From Neophaeotheca triangularis (taxonomy: Eukaryota): a stretch of DNA of 64,000 bases. The stretch is from assembly GCA_054600435.1 (NCBI GenBank), contig BAAIJX010000045.1:62001-126000 (forward strand), written 5' to 3'. Of the stretch, positions 1-11,122 are shown piece by piece (the stretch's first letter is position 1; each line of letters opens with the position of its first letter). Both the position numbers and the translations under genes were made by a program. The notes under the pieces are model-generated. The model was given only the letters and a program-made list of their open reading frames with translations. It had not been told where the DNA came from and did no database searches.

Positions 1-211
1 GAAGATCTTCCGAGGTGCTTTCATCATTCAATTGCCGACGACGAAGTTTAAGCTTTGGTTCCCGACGATGCTGGCAGTGGAGTAGCCGCGAACAGCCTCC
101 TGCACGGTCAAAGTTCCATCTTCTCAGGAGCTATAGCAAACGCTTTGTACAATGTCTACACAACCCAACGCTGCCCCATTGTCTAATCGTGGCTACATCC
201 AGAGAACGCTC

Positions 212-1492
212 CTACTTCTTCGCCAAACCCGCGAAATGGAACTGTTGCAGTGCCGCCGCAGCCATCGGGCAAGGGTATTTGATGGCAATACACTTATTCA
301 CCGCCTCGGTAAGCTTCCTGCACACCTCATCCGCCTCCTTGCATTCGGATAGACTCCAGACATCCTTCTCGAGCATCGCGGGAATGCACTTGGTGAACAT
401 GGCGTTCCACCCGGCGGCCTTGCTGATGATCTCGTACATGATCTTGCTGTCGACGCCGAGTTTCTGGCAGAAGGCCATGCCCTCTACGGACGCCGCGAGG
501 TGGATGCCCGAAAGCAGGTCGACGATGGTGTCCTTACTGATCTGGTGGTTCGAGTTCATGTTGACGTCGGCGTTGGCGCTTTGAGCTACGAGGTCGCCCT
601 GGGATTTGGGGAGGTAGAGTTGCACCAGTTTAGCGTCATCGTCGCGGAGCATGCCCGCTTGCACGCCTTGCCAGTAGCATTGCTCAGCGCAAGCTACCAT
701 TGGGGTGGGGTGTTGGCTCTTCCGAGCCGTGTCTGTCACGATGCAGCAGTCTTTGTGGATGATGCCCAGGGCTGAAAGCGGTGACCAGTCATTCTTGAGC
801 ATGTGCGGCGCTCGGTTCTCGAACATGAAGCTAGCGCCGTCGGACTTGTTCACATGGTCTGTGACTGCTTGTGTGTTGAGGCCGACAGTGGCCGCGAGAC
901 CCAGAGCTTCCGACGCGGTGATGATGTTTGTTGCGGCGAGCAATTGGTGGATAGTCTTGGTCTTGGTGCCTTGGCTGATGCCTCCCATGCGGTATAGGTT
1001 ACCCGACATGCACTCGAGCACTGCCTTTGCGTTGTCGAGGTCTGCATCGGGTCCCGACTCGAAGATTGAAAGTGTGCCATTTCCAGCTCTGATGGTGCCG
1101 CCGGATACCGGGCAATCTAGCAGCTTCACATCTGGTCGCTCAAACTCCTCGTCAAGCTTCAATCGCAGCTCATGCAGCCAGTGCGGTGGGCAGGTCGAGC
1201 AAAGGATAAAGGTCTTGCCCTTTCCAAGACCATGGATTGCCGCGTTTGCTCCTTCAAATAGTAATGCCTCGTTTTGTGCCGCGTTTGCTACCATGGAGAC
1301 TAGAAAGTCTGCTCCCTCTGCTAGCTCTTTCGGCGTCTGTGATCGCTTGCCGCCTGCCTCGACGAAACTGTCCATGAGAGGTTGGTAGACGTCGTAGCCG
1401 GTCACTTGGAAGCCTTCCTTGACCAAATTCTTCGCCATACCGCCGCCCATGGCTCCCAGGCCGGCGAATGCTACTGTCGGCTTACCAGACAT
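212..1492 (-). CDS. 3-hydroxyisobutyrate/6-phosphogluconate dehydrogenase-family oxidoreductase, L-threonate dehydrogenase (LtnD)-like, with a repeated C-terminal helical domain
   Basis: Rossmann motif AFAGLGAMG; DCPVSGG substrate loop; catalytic-Lys segment KTIHQLL. A second helical repeat follows (LSGIHLAASVEGM). First ATG at 1492; the ORF track starts upstream at a non-ATG codon. Confidence 0.85.
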   Translation of the reverse strand: MSGKPTVAFAGLGAMGGGMAKNLVKEGFQVTGYDVYQPLMDSFVEAGGKRSQTPKELAEGADFLVSMVANAAQNEALLFEGANAAIHGLGKGKTFILCSTCPPHWLHELRLKLDEEFERPDVKLLDCPVSGGTIRAGNGTLSIFESGPDADLDNAKAVLECMSGNLYRMGGISQGTKTKTIHQLLAATNIITASEALGLAATVGLNTQAVTDHVNKSDGASFMFENRAPHMLKNDWSPLSALGIIHKDCCIVTDTARKSQHPTPMVACAEQCYWQGVQAGMLRDDDAKLVQLYLPKSQGDLVAQSANADVNMNSNHQISKDTIVDLLSGIHLAASVEGMAFCQKLGVDSKIMYEIISKAAGWNAMFTKCIPAMLEKDVWSLSECKEADEVCRKLTEAVNKCIAIKYPCPMAAAALQQFHFAGLAKK

Positions 1493-2582
1493 GATGCTAA
1501 AAGTTTCGAGTGGGACGTTGGTAGTCAAGGGATGGTGGGAGGGAGGATATGGGATATTGTTGAGGGACGCTTGATTTTGGGAGAGGAATGATTGAGTGGA
1601 AAGAACACGAAAAGGCAGGGCCTACTACTATAGACAACCTTGTCGGGTACTTGTACTAGGTATTGACGCATTTCCCCACGTAAACCCCCAAGGAGATTCA
1701 AATCCACTTGGCTGGGGAAGCGTGGGGGTCACCGGGGGTCAAACACTTAGCAGTGGAACTACTCTGAGAGGCAGCAGCGTCGAATGGACAAGAACATACA
1801 ATGGTGCTTGTGGTAGCGATATTCCTTATGTTGCAACAGCCCGAGTGCACGAAGAATCGCATCACAAGTGAAGTCATCTGATGGTCCCGGCTGTTGGATG
1901 CCCCCGGCAAAGAGTCCAAGACATCTCGCGATTCTTTCCGCTTCGGGACTAGCGCCATCAAGTCTTCGACGACTTCAGCCGCTCAGACCTCGCAAACAAT
2001 CCCAAATCAGCCTAGCCTGCGACAAGTGAAGGATTACAATTCACCGTGCAACACGGGACGGCGGTGCATTCGCAAAGTCGATCGACTGGCAAAATGCACA
2101 AATCTGCGCCTGCAGCTGACCCATCGTAATGCCAGCCGAATGTCGCAATCCTTTTGTGGTGTCGCCTGGCAGCGTGCCGTCTTCGCATTCCTGCCTGTAT
2201 CGAGGATAGACGCTATGATCTGTAACTGCTCAGCCTCGCCGATGCTCGCAGACGTGGTCTCTTTGGGGCTTGACTGCGAAACGACGTCGAGCTTGACCGA
2301 TCACACCTCTCTGTCATCCGACACCAGGCGAGCGCCTTTCCCATAAATGAGTAAATAGCCTCGATGACCTTCATGCAAGTTGTGACTTTTGCACAGCGTC
2401 CAGTGGCTCTTGACCTCCCTTCAGCGTCTTTTCTCCTCCAAACCAGTACCAGCCCAAACGACCAAAAAAAAAAAAAACCTCAAATTCGATATTCTCGCAA
2501 ACCGCAGCAAAGATATCTCCAAACTCGCTAACCTCCCGCACTCCACGCCTACACCCGATTAACCCAGCTCGCCCGCAATACC

Positions 2583-3527
2583 ATGGCCACCCTCCACATT
2601 CTCCCCCGAGCAAATCCCAATGGCAACTGCACCCTCTCAACCTGCGACCCCGTCGAATCCGTCTTCGGCTACCGCCCGCACCTGGGAGAAACCGTCTTCT
2701 TCCTAATCCTCTTCACGCTCAGCGGCCTACTGCACCTCTACCAAGGCCTCCGCACCAAGACCTGGTTCTTCTCAACCGCAATGGTCATCGGCAGCATCGC
2801 CGAAACCCTCGGCTACGCCGCCAAGCTACTCCTCTGGCAAGACCCCTTCTCGCACACAGGCTTCATCATGAACGTCGTACTGCTCACTTTCGCTCCGGCC
2901 TTCTACTCGGCGGGAATCTACTACACCCTCAAGCACATATGCCTGACTTTCGGTTCTCGCTTCAGCCGCTTGCAGCCCTGGCTCTACACCTGGGTCTTCG
3001 TGGGTCTAGACATGGTGGCCATCATCCTGCAAGCAGCCGGAGGTGCCGTGGCCTCGGTGACCGAAACTATGGCCGTCGTGGACCAGGGCACAAACGTCAT
3101 GATTGCCGGGCTCGTCTCGCAAGTCGTCACGCTGTTTGCTTTCGGCGTGCTGGCGGCCGACTACGGTTGCGCTGTCTATCGCAACCGACGCAGTTTGAAC
3201 CCCTCGACTGTCGAGCTACGGAGGAGTGGGGTTTTCAGGGCGTTCTTGGTGGCGTTGACGGTCGCTTACACGGGGGTCTTAATCAGATGTGCGTATCGTG
3301 TTGCCGAGCTTTCTGGTGGATGGGGACCGCAGAACACGATCATGCGAAACCCGTGGTTGTTTTTGGGCTTGGATAGTGTGCCCGTGGCTTTGGCGACTGT
3401 GGTTTTGAATTTGGCACATCCAGGGTGGTGTTTTCCCAAGGAGAGGCAGGACGTTGCTGAAAAGGAAGAGAGGCTTGCTAGGCAGGATGGTGGAGCGAGT
3501 GATGTCGAGAGTGCTGCTAAGGCTTGA
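2583..3527 (+). CDS. RTA1-like 7-TM lipid-translocating exporter family protein
   Basis: Motifs FGYRP, ETLGY, APAFYSAGIY, D..AIILQAAGGA, LIRCAYRVAELSGGW and HPG; about 7 hydrophobic helices; single exon. Confidence 0.9.
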   Translation: MATLHILPRANPNGNCTLSTCDPVESVFGYRPHLGETVFFLILFTLSGLLHLYQGLRTKTWFFSTAMVIGSIAETLGYAAKLLLWQDPFSHTGFIMNVVLLTFAPAFYSAGIYYTLKHICLTFGSRFSRLQPWLYTWVFVGLDMVAIILQAAGGAVASVTETMAVVDQGTNVMIAGLVSQVVTLFAFGVLAADYGCAVYRNRRSLNPSTVELRRSGVFRAFLVALTVAYTGVLIRCAYRVAELSGGWGPQNTIMRNPWLFLGLDSVPVALATVVLNLAHPGWCFPKERQDVAEKEERLARQDGGASDVESAAKA

Positions 3528-3881
3528 GAGTTGGTCGTGGTAGTCTAGGATGGATGTACGGCTATGGAATTGAATCTTGTTCATCTTGCTTTACGATACG
3601 CTAGTGCTAGTGCTATTGCTACTGCTAAAACTTCAACTGCGCTCTCTTATGCTGCAAGGTTTGTCTGCTGAAGCACCCGCAGACAGCACTGACTGGTTCC
3701 GTGCACTGCCCGAGACAAGCGCCGCTAAACCAACCCCCAGCGCTAAGATGCTTGACGGACTAAAAAAATCCCTTTAGATCCTCGCAACGATGCAGCGCCT
3801 TAAAAAGCGGATCATCATGGCTAAGACTACTCTCGATGAGCAGATTTGAGAGGCGAGACATGTGCTATGCTGCAGCTCACC

Positions 3882-5698
3882 TTACAATCCCTTCTTCAGC
3901 TCCTGAATCACGTCGTAAAGCTCAGCGGCATACGGCGGTTTCATCTAGAGTGAGCCACGTCAGTAAACCGGCGTCCATACGAGGGGCACAGAGTGCAGTA
4001 TCCTACCTTCAACTGCAGAAGCTCCAACCCGGTACTCCCCTCAATCGTCCCCATAAGGAAGACATTGCCCCCACTCGGCTTCTCGCCCTGAGGCGTGCCA
4101 AAGGTCAACTCCTTCTTGACAGGAGTATTCAACACGACACGATGGCTGCCCATAGCCCTGAGCAAGAATCTCGCCTTGGGCTTGGCGTCTTCTCCATCTT
4201 CGGTTTTGGGGTTCCGCACGTTGAGCCGCAAGACGCCGAAACCGCGTTCCCGCCACTCCTTCTTCGCCATGCTGGGCTTCTCCTTGCCGTCGTCGTCGGC
4301 CTCTTGCGGTATAGTGGTCCAGGTATACAGCTTGGCGCGGCAGTCGTAGATTTTCTCTTCTTCCTCTTCGCCCGTCTCGACATCTTGCTCGTAGAAGCGT
4401 TCGTCTTTGGGCTCTTCTTCAGTGGCAAGGGGGGATTTGGTGCCCGCGCCCTCTTCTTCATCCTCTTTTCCTGGCTTTTCTCCTTCCTCCTCATCCGCCG
4501 GGGCCCCGAAAGGCTTGGCCGCTTTGAAAGAGGTCGACGTTGTGGGTTTGCCGCTTGCAAAAGAGCTGAGACCGCCTGAGCCGAGGCCTCCAAAGGCACT
4601 ACCTCCAGCGCTCTGGCCTAGCTTGCCGAAGCCTGAGGCGCTACCACCACCGAAAGCGCTGGTTTCAGAAGAAGGGGCTGCAAAGGCTGATTTCTGACCG
4701 AGCGCGCCGCCGAAGGCGCTGCTGGTGCCAGCTGGTGCGTCGTTTTCCTTCTTGTCCAGATCTGGCGGAGAACTCTTTGTGGCAAAGCTACCGCCACTGC
4801 CAAAGCCACCTGATGTCTTGCCGATTGCGCCAAAGCCAGATGTGGAAGCGCTGGAAAGTGCACTAAAACCCGAGGCTGCGAACGCACTTGGTGCTGTCTG
4901 TGGAGGCTCAGCAGTTGGTGGAGGGGACTTTGCAGGTGACCTAGTGCCGCCGAGAGCGCCAAAAGGGGAAGTGGAGGAAGTGTTTGTGAAACCACTGGTT
5001 GGTGGTATTTTGCTCGAGCTGGCCTTGGAAGCCTCCTCGTCCGCATGGTCGTCGACAGCTGTGCTAGTTGCAACATCATCCGTCTTCTTCTCCAAACCAG
5101 GAATCTCAGCGTGAACAGGCTTAGGAGCAGGAGGTGGTCCATCTCCCTTATCGAGAGTCCCATTCCCCTCCGTCGCCGAGTGCAACCGACTCCTCTTAGT
5201 TTTCGGGCTCGCCACGGCTTCAGCCAGATCATCCGTACCTTCACGCTCGGTAGGTGCTGGTGTTGCGGCTCTCTTGCCCTTCCCAGTCGCAAACTCGTCG
5301 CGGTCTACCTCTTCCATCTTCTTGTCAGTCTCTCCGGAACTTTCTCCTGATACTTTCCGCTTACCATTCGGCTCTGTAGATTCGGCAGTACCATCGCGTG
5401 AACGCTTCCTCGTGTGTGTAGTCTTGGTGTCGGTGGTGAGTGTGTCGCCGGGCCCTTGTTGCGTTGTGTCCATGTCTTCGAAGCTCCTCTTCTTCTTCAA
5501 CTGGTCCCGACCTCTATCGTTGGTGTCCTCTGCCTCCTCGGTTGCCGTAGCCTCCTCCTCGGCCGCCTGCGTAGCCTTCACTGCCGCTGCCACCTCCTCG
5601 GCGTTGCCTTGAATTGATGCCTTCTTTAGTTGCTCTCGCGCGTGCTTCTCCCCCTCCGTGTCCTTCTCACCAGCCATGTCTTGGCTTCGTGTCTTCAT
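3882..5698 (-). CDS. RanBP1-domain nuclear pore-associated protein (Yrb2/Nup2-like)
   Basis: Charged N-terminus, FG-like repeats (SGFG, SAFG), then the Ran-binding domain ETGEEEE..YDCRAKLY..EWRERGFGVLRLN..RFLLRA..RVVLN. Intron 3945-4006 (GTAGGA..TAG) gives the last exon MKPPYAAELYDVIQELKKGL*. Confidence 0.85.
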
Positions 5699-6508
5699 CT
5701 GAGCGGTGTACTGGAGCTAGTGAATGGATTCGGTCCAGATTTGTCGGCCTAGAAATCGTGATTGACGCTGGTAATTCAGTTGTGGATGGAGCCTGTGGTT
5801 GCTCCCTTGGCGTGTATTATTTCCTGTCAGGTGCAAAAGGAGCTGTCTCTTCCCAAGCAGCCAAAGAATTTACTCGCGCGTTGTCGCGTCTCCAATGGTG
5901 CTGAAAATGCGGAAATTGAAGGAGTGTAACATGCAGAAGTCACAGTCCAATGACGAGGCGGAGTTGCTCGTGACAACCTTACGTTAGCTCTCCAACCGCA
6001 TGCGGCTGATAGATATTTCTTGGCGGTGGGGGCCGGCTTTGGGGGCCAAAACTACAGCAACGGCACCCAACAACCAAACACATAGGTACGCACGTTACTA
6101 TCTAGATAGCACCAATGTTTTGAAGTGCCACCAGGGAATTTGCTCGGCCGCATACAACAATCAGCTAATCAAGTTCCGGTTCGTCCAGCTGCTAGCAGCC
6201 ATCTTCCTACCGCTGCTACGTAAACTCATGTTGGTGACTTCTCACATGGTTGAGTTCCATGCCTCAGGAGTACCTAATGTAGTGCAGAGAGACTAGAAAA
6301 CCGCAGGAACAAATGGTACCTGACCAGCCAACTCCCCCCGGGCAGTTTCATCACCCCTGTGCGCAAGGCTCCTAGCTCTCGCTCGACAGGTGGTGCAGCT
6401 AATAATGCAAACTTCAACCAGTCATCGCCCCAACGTACAGTCTTCCCACATATTCAGGCTTAGTTTGCTACTATCAACTCGCATTCTAGAGCCTTGATCA
6501 CTATAGCT

Positions 6509-8104
6509 CTAATAACCGCGCTCCACCACCAACCTCCTAGCCAAATCTCTAATCTCCCCAAGCTTCCCCTCAAAATCAAACCGCCTCATCTCATCTCCCA
6601 GACCCTTAGTCTGCGCTTCAAGCCCCTCGACAGCTTTCACAAGCCCCTCATCCGCCAGCCTAACTTCCCCAAAACGCGTATGCGAATACACGGCTTCCAA
6701 CAGAGCCGCCTGATCGGTGGTGGTTTGAGACAGATGTTGCGCCAGAGCCCTATTCATGACTTCGGCTGTGTGCGGAGATATTGGGGTCGTCTCTGCTACT
6801 GTCTTGAGGTATTCGTGCAAGGCTGTGGTGTCTGAAGTGGCATTCTGAGGGATGGAGGGCAATGAAAGGTGTTGTAGTAGTTTTGTGACGGGGTCATGTG
6901 ATGGAGAAGAGGCCGTTCTTTGCAGTAGACGAAGCGGCTTGAGACCTTTCTGTGGTTTCTCGGGTGAGGGAGCTTTTGCATCAATGGCGTTTTGTTGTGG
7001 CTGGGGTTGTGCGACGATTTCCTTGAGGGTCGAAGAGATTTGGCGTAGAGAGTTCGTATAGGCTTGCAGTTGCTGTGCGTGGGAGTCGGTAGCTTCGGCT
7101 TTCGAAGAGATGTGCCGCAGGCTTTCAGATACGTAGCTCTCCCAAAGGCGTTGCTCGTCTCTCGAAGCTGTATTTGAATCGTCAATAGCGTTCATGATGG
7201 GTCGTCGATACTGCTGGTCGACGACTATTGAGACTAGGCCGTCGATCTCATTGCTTAGGTCGTCAAGCTCAGCACGTAAAGTTGCCAGGCGTTCTAAATT
7301 CCCATCGCCGTCGACTTGAGCATCTGTATTCCCCTCGATTGGGCAAGAAAGGTAAGCTTGGTCCACCTTCGCCTTACTCTCCTCGGCCGTGAGCAAGGTG
7401 AGGCGAACACATAGTTCCTCCACCTCTTCCACTTCCGCCCCTGCCTTCTGCTTGCCGGCGGGGGGCAGCTTCGAGCCTAGCCTTTGCAGACCTTCAAGTA
7501 ACCGATCATCCTTCTCTAAAAGCTTGCCGACACCAGTTGAAAGCTTCGCCGTCGTAGCATCAGCCACTTTGACGGACTGTCCCAACCTTAACGTCAGACT
7601 GTCAGAAAGCTGCCGGATCTCAAAATCCAGCTGCGCCTTCTCTCGCCGCAGCACAGACTGTCGGTTGGTCTGAGAACCGGAACTGGATTTGGTGACGTTG
7701 TTCGATTGCCATGTCGATAGAGCCTGTTTCTGCTGCTCAAGAAGGCGACATTGCCGGTCTATGGCGACCGTGCTGGCTTCGATGGAAGATAGTGCATCTT
7801 CGTACTCGGAATCTTCGATGGCTTGGGGCCCTTGTGGAAGTTCTTTGCCTTTTGGCCGTACGTTTGATTGGTGACTCAATTTCTTGTCAGCCCTGTCCTA
7901 ATGCCGGTGGCTCATAGTAACAACTCACAAAGTCAACTCCTCGTTGGTCAACAAGTTCTGAGAACTGAGATACTCGCGCGCCCAATCTTGTACAGGAGCT
8001 TTCGTATGCTCGGCCGCGAATGCCCAAGCCACATCATCGTGGTTGAGTGGGATGTTTCGTTCTTTAAGAGCCTGGAGGAGCTGGTCGAGCTCATTCCGTG
8101 GCAT
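6509..8104 (-). CDS. Coiled-coil protein, probable augmin subunit 3 (HAUS3/Aug3)-like
   Basis: Exon 1 (8104-7929, not in the ORF track) reads MPRNELDQLLQALKERNIPLNHDDVAWAF..VQDWAREYLSSQNLLTNEELT. GTGAGT donor at 7928, spliced to ORF 6509-7879; the exact acceptor is uncertain. The N-terminus resembles the HAUS3 pattern L..ED.DWLF..W....N.LS..EL. Confidence 0.6.
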
Positions 8105-8412
8105 AGTGCGAGTAGTAGAGACTCAATCGAGCCTATTTGGGAGATCAACCGCGAAATGGTTGTCAAATTGCATCCCAGCTCTTGGTATAACTGGCTTGTA
8201 CTTGTTATTTTGACCGTGACTAGAAGTGAAGTTGAAAGCAGCCAATGAGCGAAGGCCGGGAGAAAGCCCGACAAGCTCAAGTTCGCTCCCGACTTCAACT
8301 TTATACGAAGCTTCCTCGACCATTGCACCGCCAGTGACTGCGAACGTTGACCCAAAGATACCTATCTTCAACAAAGCAGACCCAGACAACAAAATACAAC
8401 AACCGCACAACC

Positions 8413-9165
8413 ATGGCAGCCCTCCAGCCCATTTCCAGGACCGCCTTCACGATCCCCTTCGTCTTCCGCGCCGGCCTTCGCCCAGCCTTAAACGCACCAG
8501 CTCTTGCCCTGAACAAAGCAACCACCACCCCTCAAAACCGACACGCAACCTCCTCCTCGCTAGGCAAAACAACCCAACCACCAACTTCTCGCCGCCGCTC
8601 AGTAACCGTGACCAACGACACAGGCGCCGTGCCATGGCACCAACTCAGCACGAGCGAAAAAGCCGCCCGCACAACCCAACAAAGTTTCAACTTCGGGCTC
8701 ATCGTGCTCGGGATCGTCATGACGGGCGGCGTGGCGACAGTGTTGTATCTCGAAGTCTTTAGCACGGACAGCAAGACTGCGATTTTCAACCGCTCGGCGG
8801 ATCAGATTCGAGGTGACGCGGCTTGCAGGAGTTTGCTGTGCGGGGACGAGGGCTTGCATAGGAAACGCGATATCTCGGCCTTTGGCGAGCCGAGCTGGAG
8901 TCGTTGGGCGAGGAACAGGACTGTTGCGAGTAGGGTTGAAAAGGATAGGGTCGGGGTTGAGCATTTGCATATGCATTTTTATGTTGAGGGGACTACAGAT
9001 AGGGGGACTGTGCATGTGGAGATGGCGAGGAGAGGGAATGAGGATTGGGAGTATAGGATGTTGGCGCTAGATGTGACTGGAAAGCAGAGGCATTATGTGA
9101 TTGGAGGTAACGATGTGGGTGGACTCAAGAGCAAAGGGAAGATGTTTGGGGTCAGGTGGAATTAG
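8413..9165 (+). CDS. TIM21: Mitochondrial import inner membrane translocase subunit Tim21
   Basis: Arg/Ala-rich presequence, PWHQLSTSEKAARTTQQSFN, one TM helix, FGEPSWSRWARNR and HLHMHFYVEG. Confidence 0.9.
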   Translation: MAALQPISRTAFTIPFVFRAGLRPALNAPALALNKATTTPQNRHATSSSLGKTTQPPTSRRRSVTVTNDTGAVPWHQLSTSEKAARTTQQSFNFGLIVLGIVMTGGVATVLYLEVFSTDSKTAIFNRSADQIRGDAACRSLLCGDEGLHRKRDISAFGEPSWSRWARNRTVASRVEKDRVGVEHLHMHFYVEGTTDRGTVHVEMARRGNEDWEYRMLALDVTGKQRHYVIGGNDVGGLKSKGKMFGVRWN

Positions 9166-9717
9166 GCTAGATCAAGTATCACTGTATTATATCTCTCGAC
9201 GGAGGTTGCTAGCTCTTTCATTCTCGGTAGCTCCTGTCGATTGTGGAGCCTAGAAAGCTTCATGCAGCTGCCCCTCGTGAGCGCTCGTAGCTACGGTCTA
9301 TGTGGGATACCAGTTTGCTTAGATTCAATCTTCTGGAAGGCCAGAGAGGGACTGGCTGGAAAGAAGATAGTCCGGGTACATTTGATCGAAGCTTTTCCCC
9401 TGCGTCGCTGGCAGCGACTGAAGCACCTGAAGAAGGAACCGCCGCCCTTCCACGGGTGGATTGACCGGCACTGTCCCGGGCATTACCACGCTGTTGCGGC
9501 AGCGTTTAATTAACGTCCAAGGGCCGCCAATCTTATCCAAAGTGAGGGGCAAAACTGACTTGTGGCGCATCAGGCAAGTCGCCAATCGAGCCTTGAGATA
9601 CCCAAACTGCCTCCGCAGCCTGAAAAAAGGAATGCCGGCCTACGACGACTAGCTCGCAAAGCCGGCCCCTCGCACAATGCTGCCAGTCAACACGTTCTTC
9701 CTGCTGTCGATTGCTAT

Positions 9718-11122
9718 TCAGTTAACTCGACGGCGCTTTGCTCCTTGAAGTCGATGCAGTTTGAGTTGTAGCTCAAGCTCCTCCTTCTCGACAGCTAGGA
9801 TTCTCAGCCGTATTCTGACTTCCTCTTCATCCTCATCGCCGGGGCGCTCGGGAGGTCTCATGCTGCTATGATCCGTGCGGCCATTTGCGAAGACCTGACT
9901 GTGACCAAACGATGGTCTTTCTGAACGCGTCGGGCTTTCCACGCTTGTTGACGAAGCAGTTGGAGGCTTTGAGCTGTGGGTGCGTTTGCCCGACTGACGA
10001 GGTAGTGAGGAGGCTGGATTAGTATATGGAGGCCTCCATGCCCAGTGTCGCCCCTCGCGATAGTCTTTATCTTGGCAAGCGAGATTGAGGGCGTTCCATT
10101 CACTTGGTCTCAGTCCACGATTGTTTCGAAAGTCCTTTGCCTCGGCCGCCGATTCATACGGCCTTTTAGCCATCTCCCGGTCAACCATCGCTTCATCAGA
10201 CGTCCATCCTTGGTCAAGGTCCCAGGTATACAAGCTTATCGGAAGAGGCATCTTGCGAGCTTCCTCCAGTGGAATGGCATTGCGCTCAGCATCCGACAGC
10301 TTCCAAATCGAGGCAGGATCGATAGGGTCGTACTTCGGTCGAGGCTGATCGCCGTCCGAACCTTCATCCGAGCTGTAGCTGGGCGCAGCCTGCCGGATAT
10401 CTTGCACGTTGGACATGAGCTGATCAAGCGCGGCAGATCCACTTGTGCTGCTGGTAAAGGTCGGTGGGGCTGGCCTCGAGTGATGGTCTGGCAAGCCATT
10501 AGAGGAAGCAGTTAGTAACAAAATAAAGAAATGACCTACCATGATTCCGCGATCCGCTAGCATCGGCAGCTTGTGCCTGCGAGATGTGCTCCGCAAGACT
10601 CATAGCTGGGCTCGCCTCAGTCCGCGAATACGACGCTCTGGCAGGAAACGTTGCAAAGATTCCAGCCTCGTTCGGGCCGCCTGTCTCACTGGACGGCCAA
10701 CCTCTCGGTGCAAGTACGCACTCAGCTGCTTTACCCTGACGACGGCATCTGGCGCAAGGCAACTCGTCCGGGTTCGTCTGGTCGCCACGCACGCATTTTG
10801 TCTTGCGTTTCTTGCACGGCAAACAAGCTTGGTAAACGCGTTCTTTGCTGGCCTGCGTACGATTGTTCGTCGATGGACCAAGTACCGGGAAGGTGTTTGT
10901 AAAGGCTTGCCCATGCGAAGCCCCAGTCACGGCGGATTGCTTCTCGGCGATGGTCCGTCTTCGCTTCTCGTCGGCCTCAGCCCACGCAGCGGCGTCTACG
11001 AGGCTTTTGACGAACGAGTCGCCCGAAGTCCCATTGATTGGATGTGTGGGCTCGATTTGCACTGCATCACTGTCACGTCTTCTATCCCGTTCGGATCGGT
11101 TGTGTGATTCCTGCTGTTCCAT
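9718..11122 (-). CDS. Zn(II)2Cys6 binuclear-cluster protein with no recognisable middle homology region
   Basis: CLPCKKRKTKC-x12-CARC-x8-C. Intron 10488-10539 (GTAGGT..CTAAC..CAG) joins ORF 10499-11122 in frame to ORF 9718-10596. C-terminal coiled coil. Confidence 0.75.
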
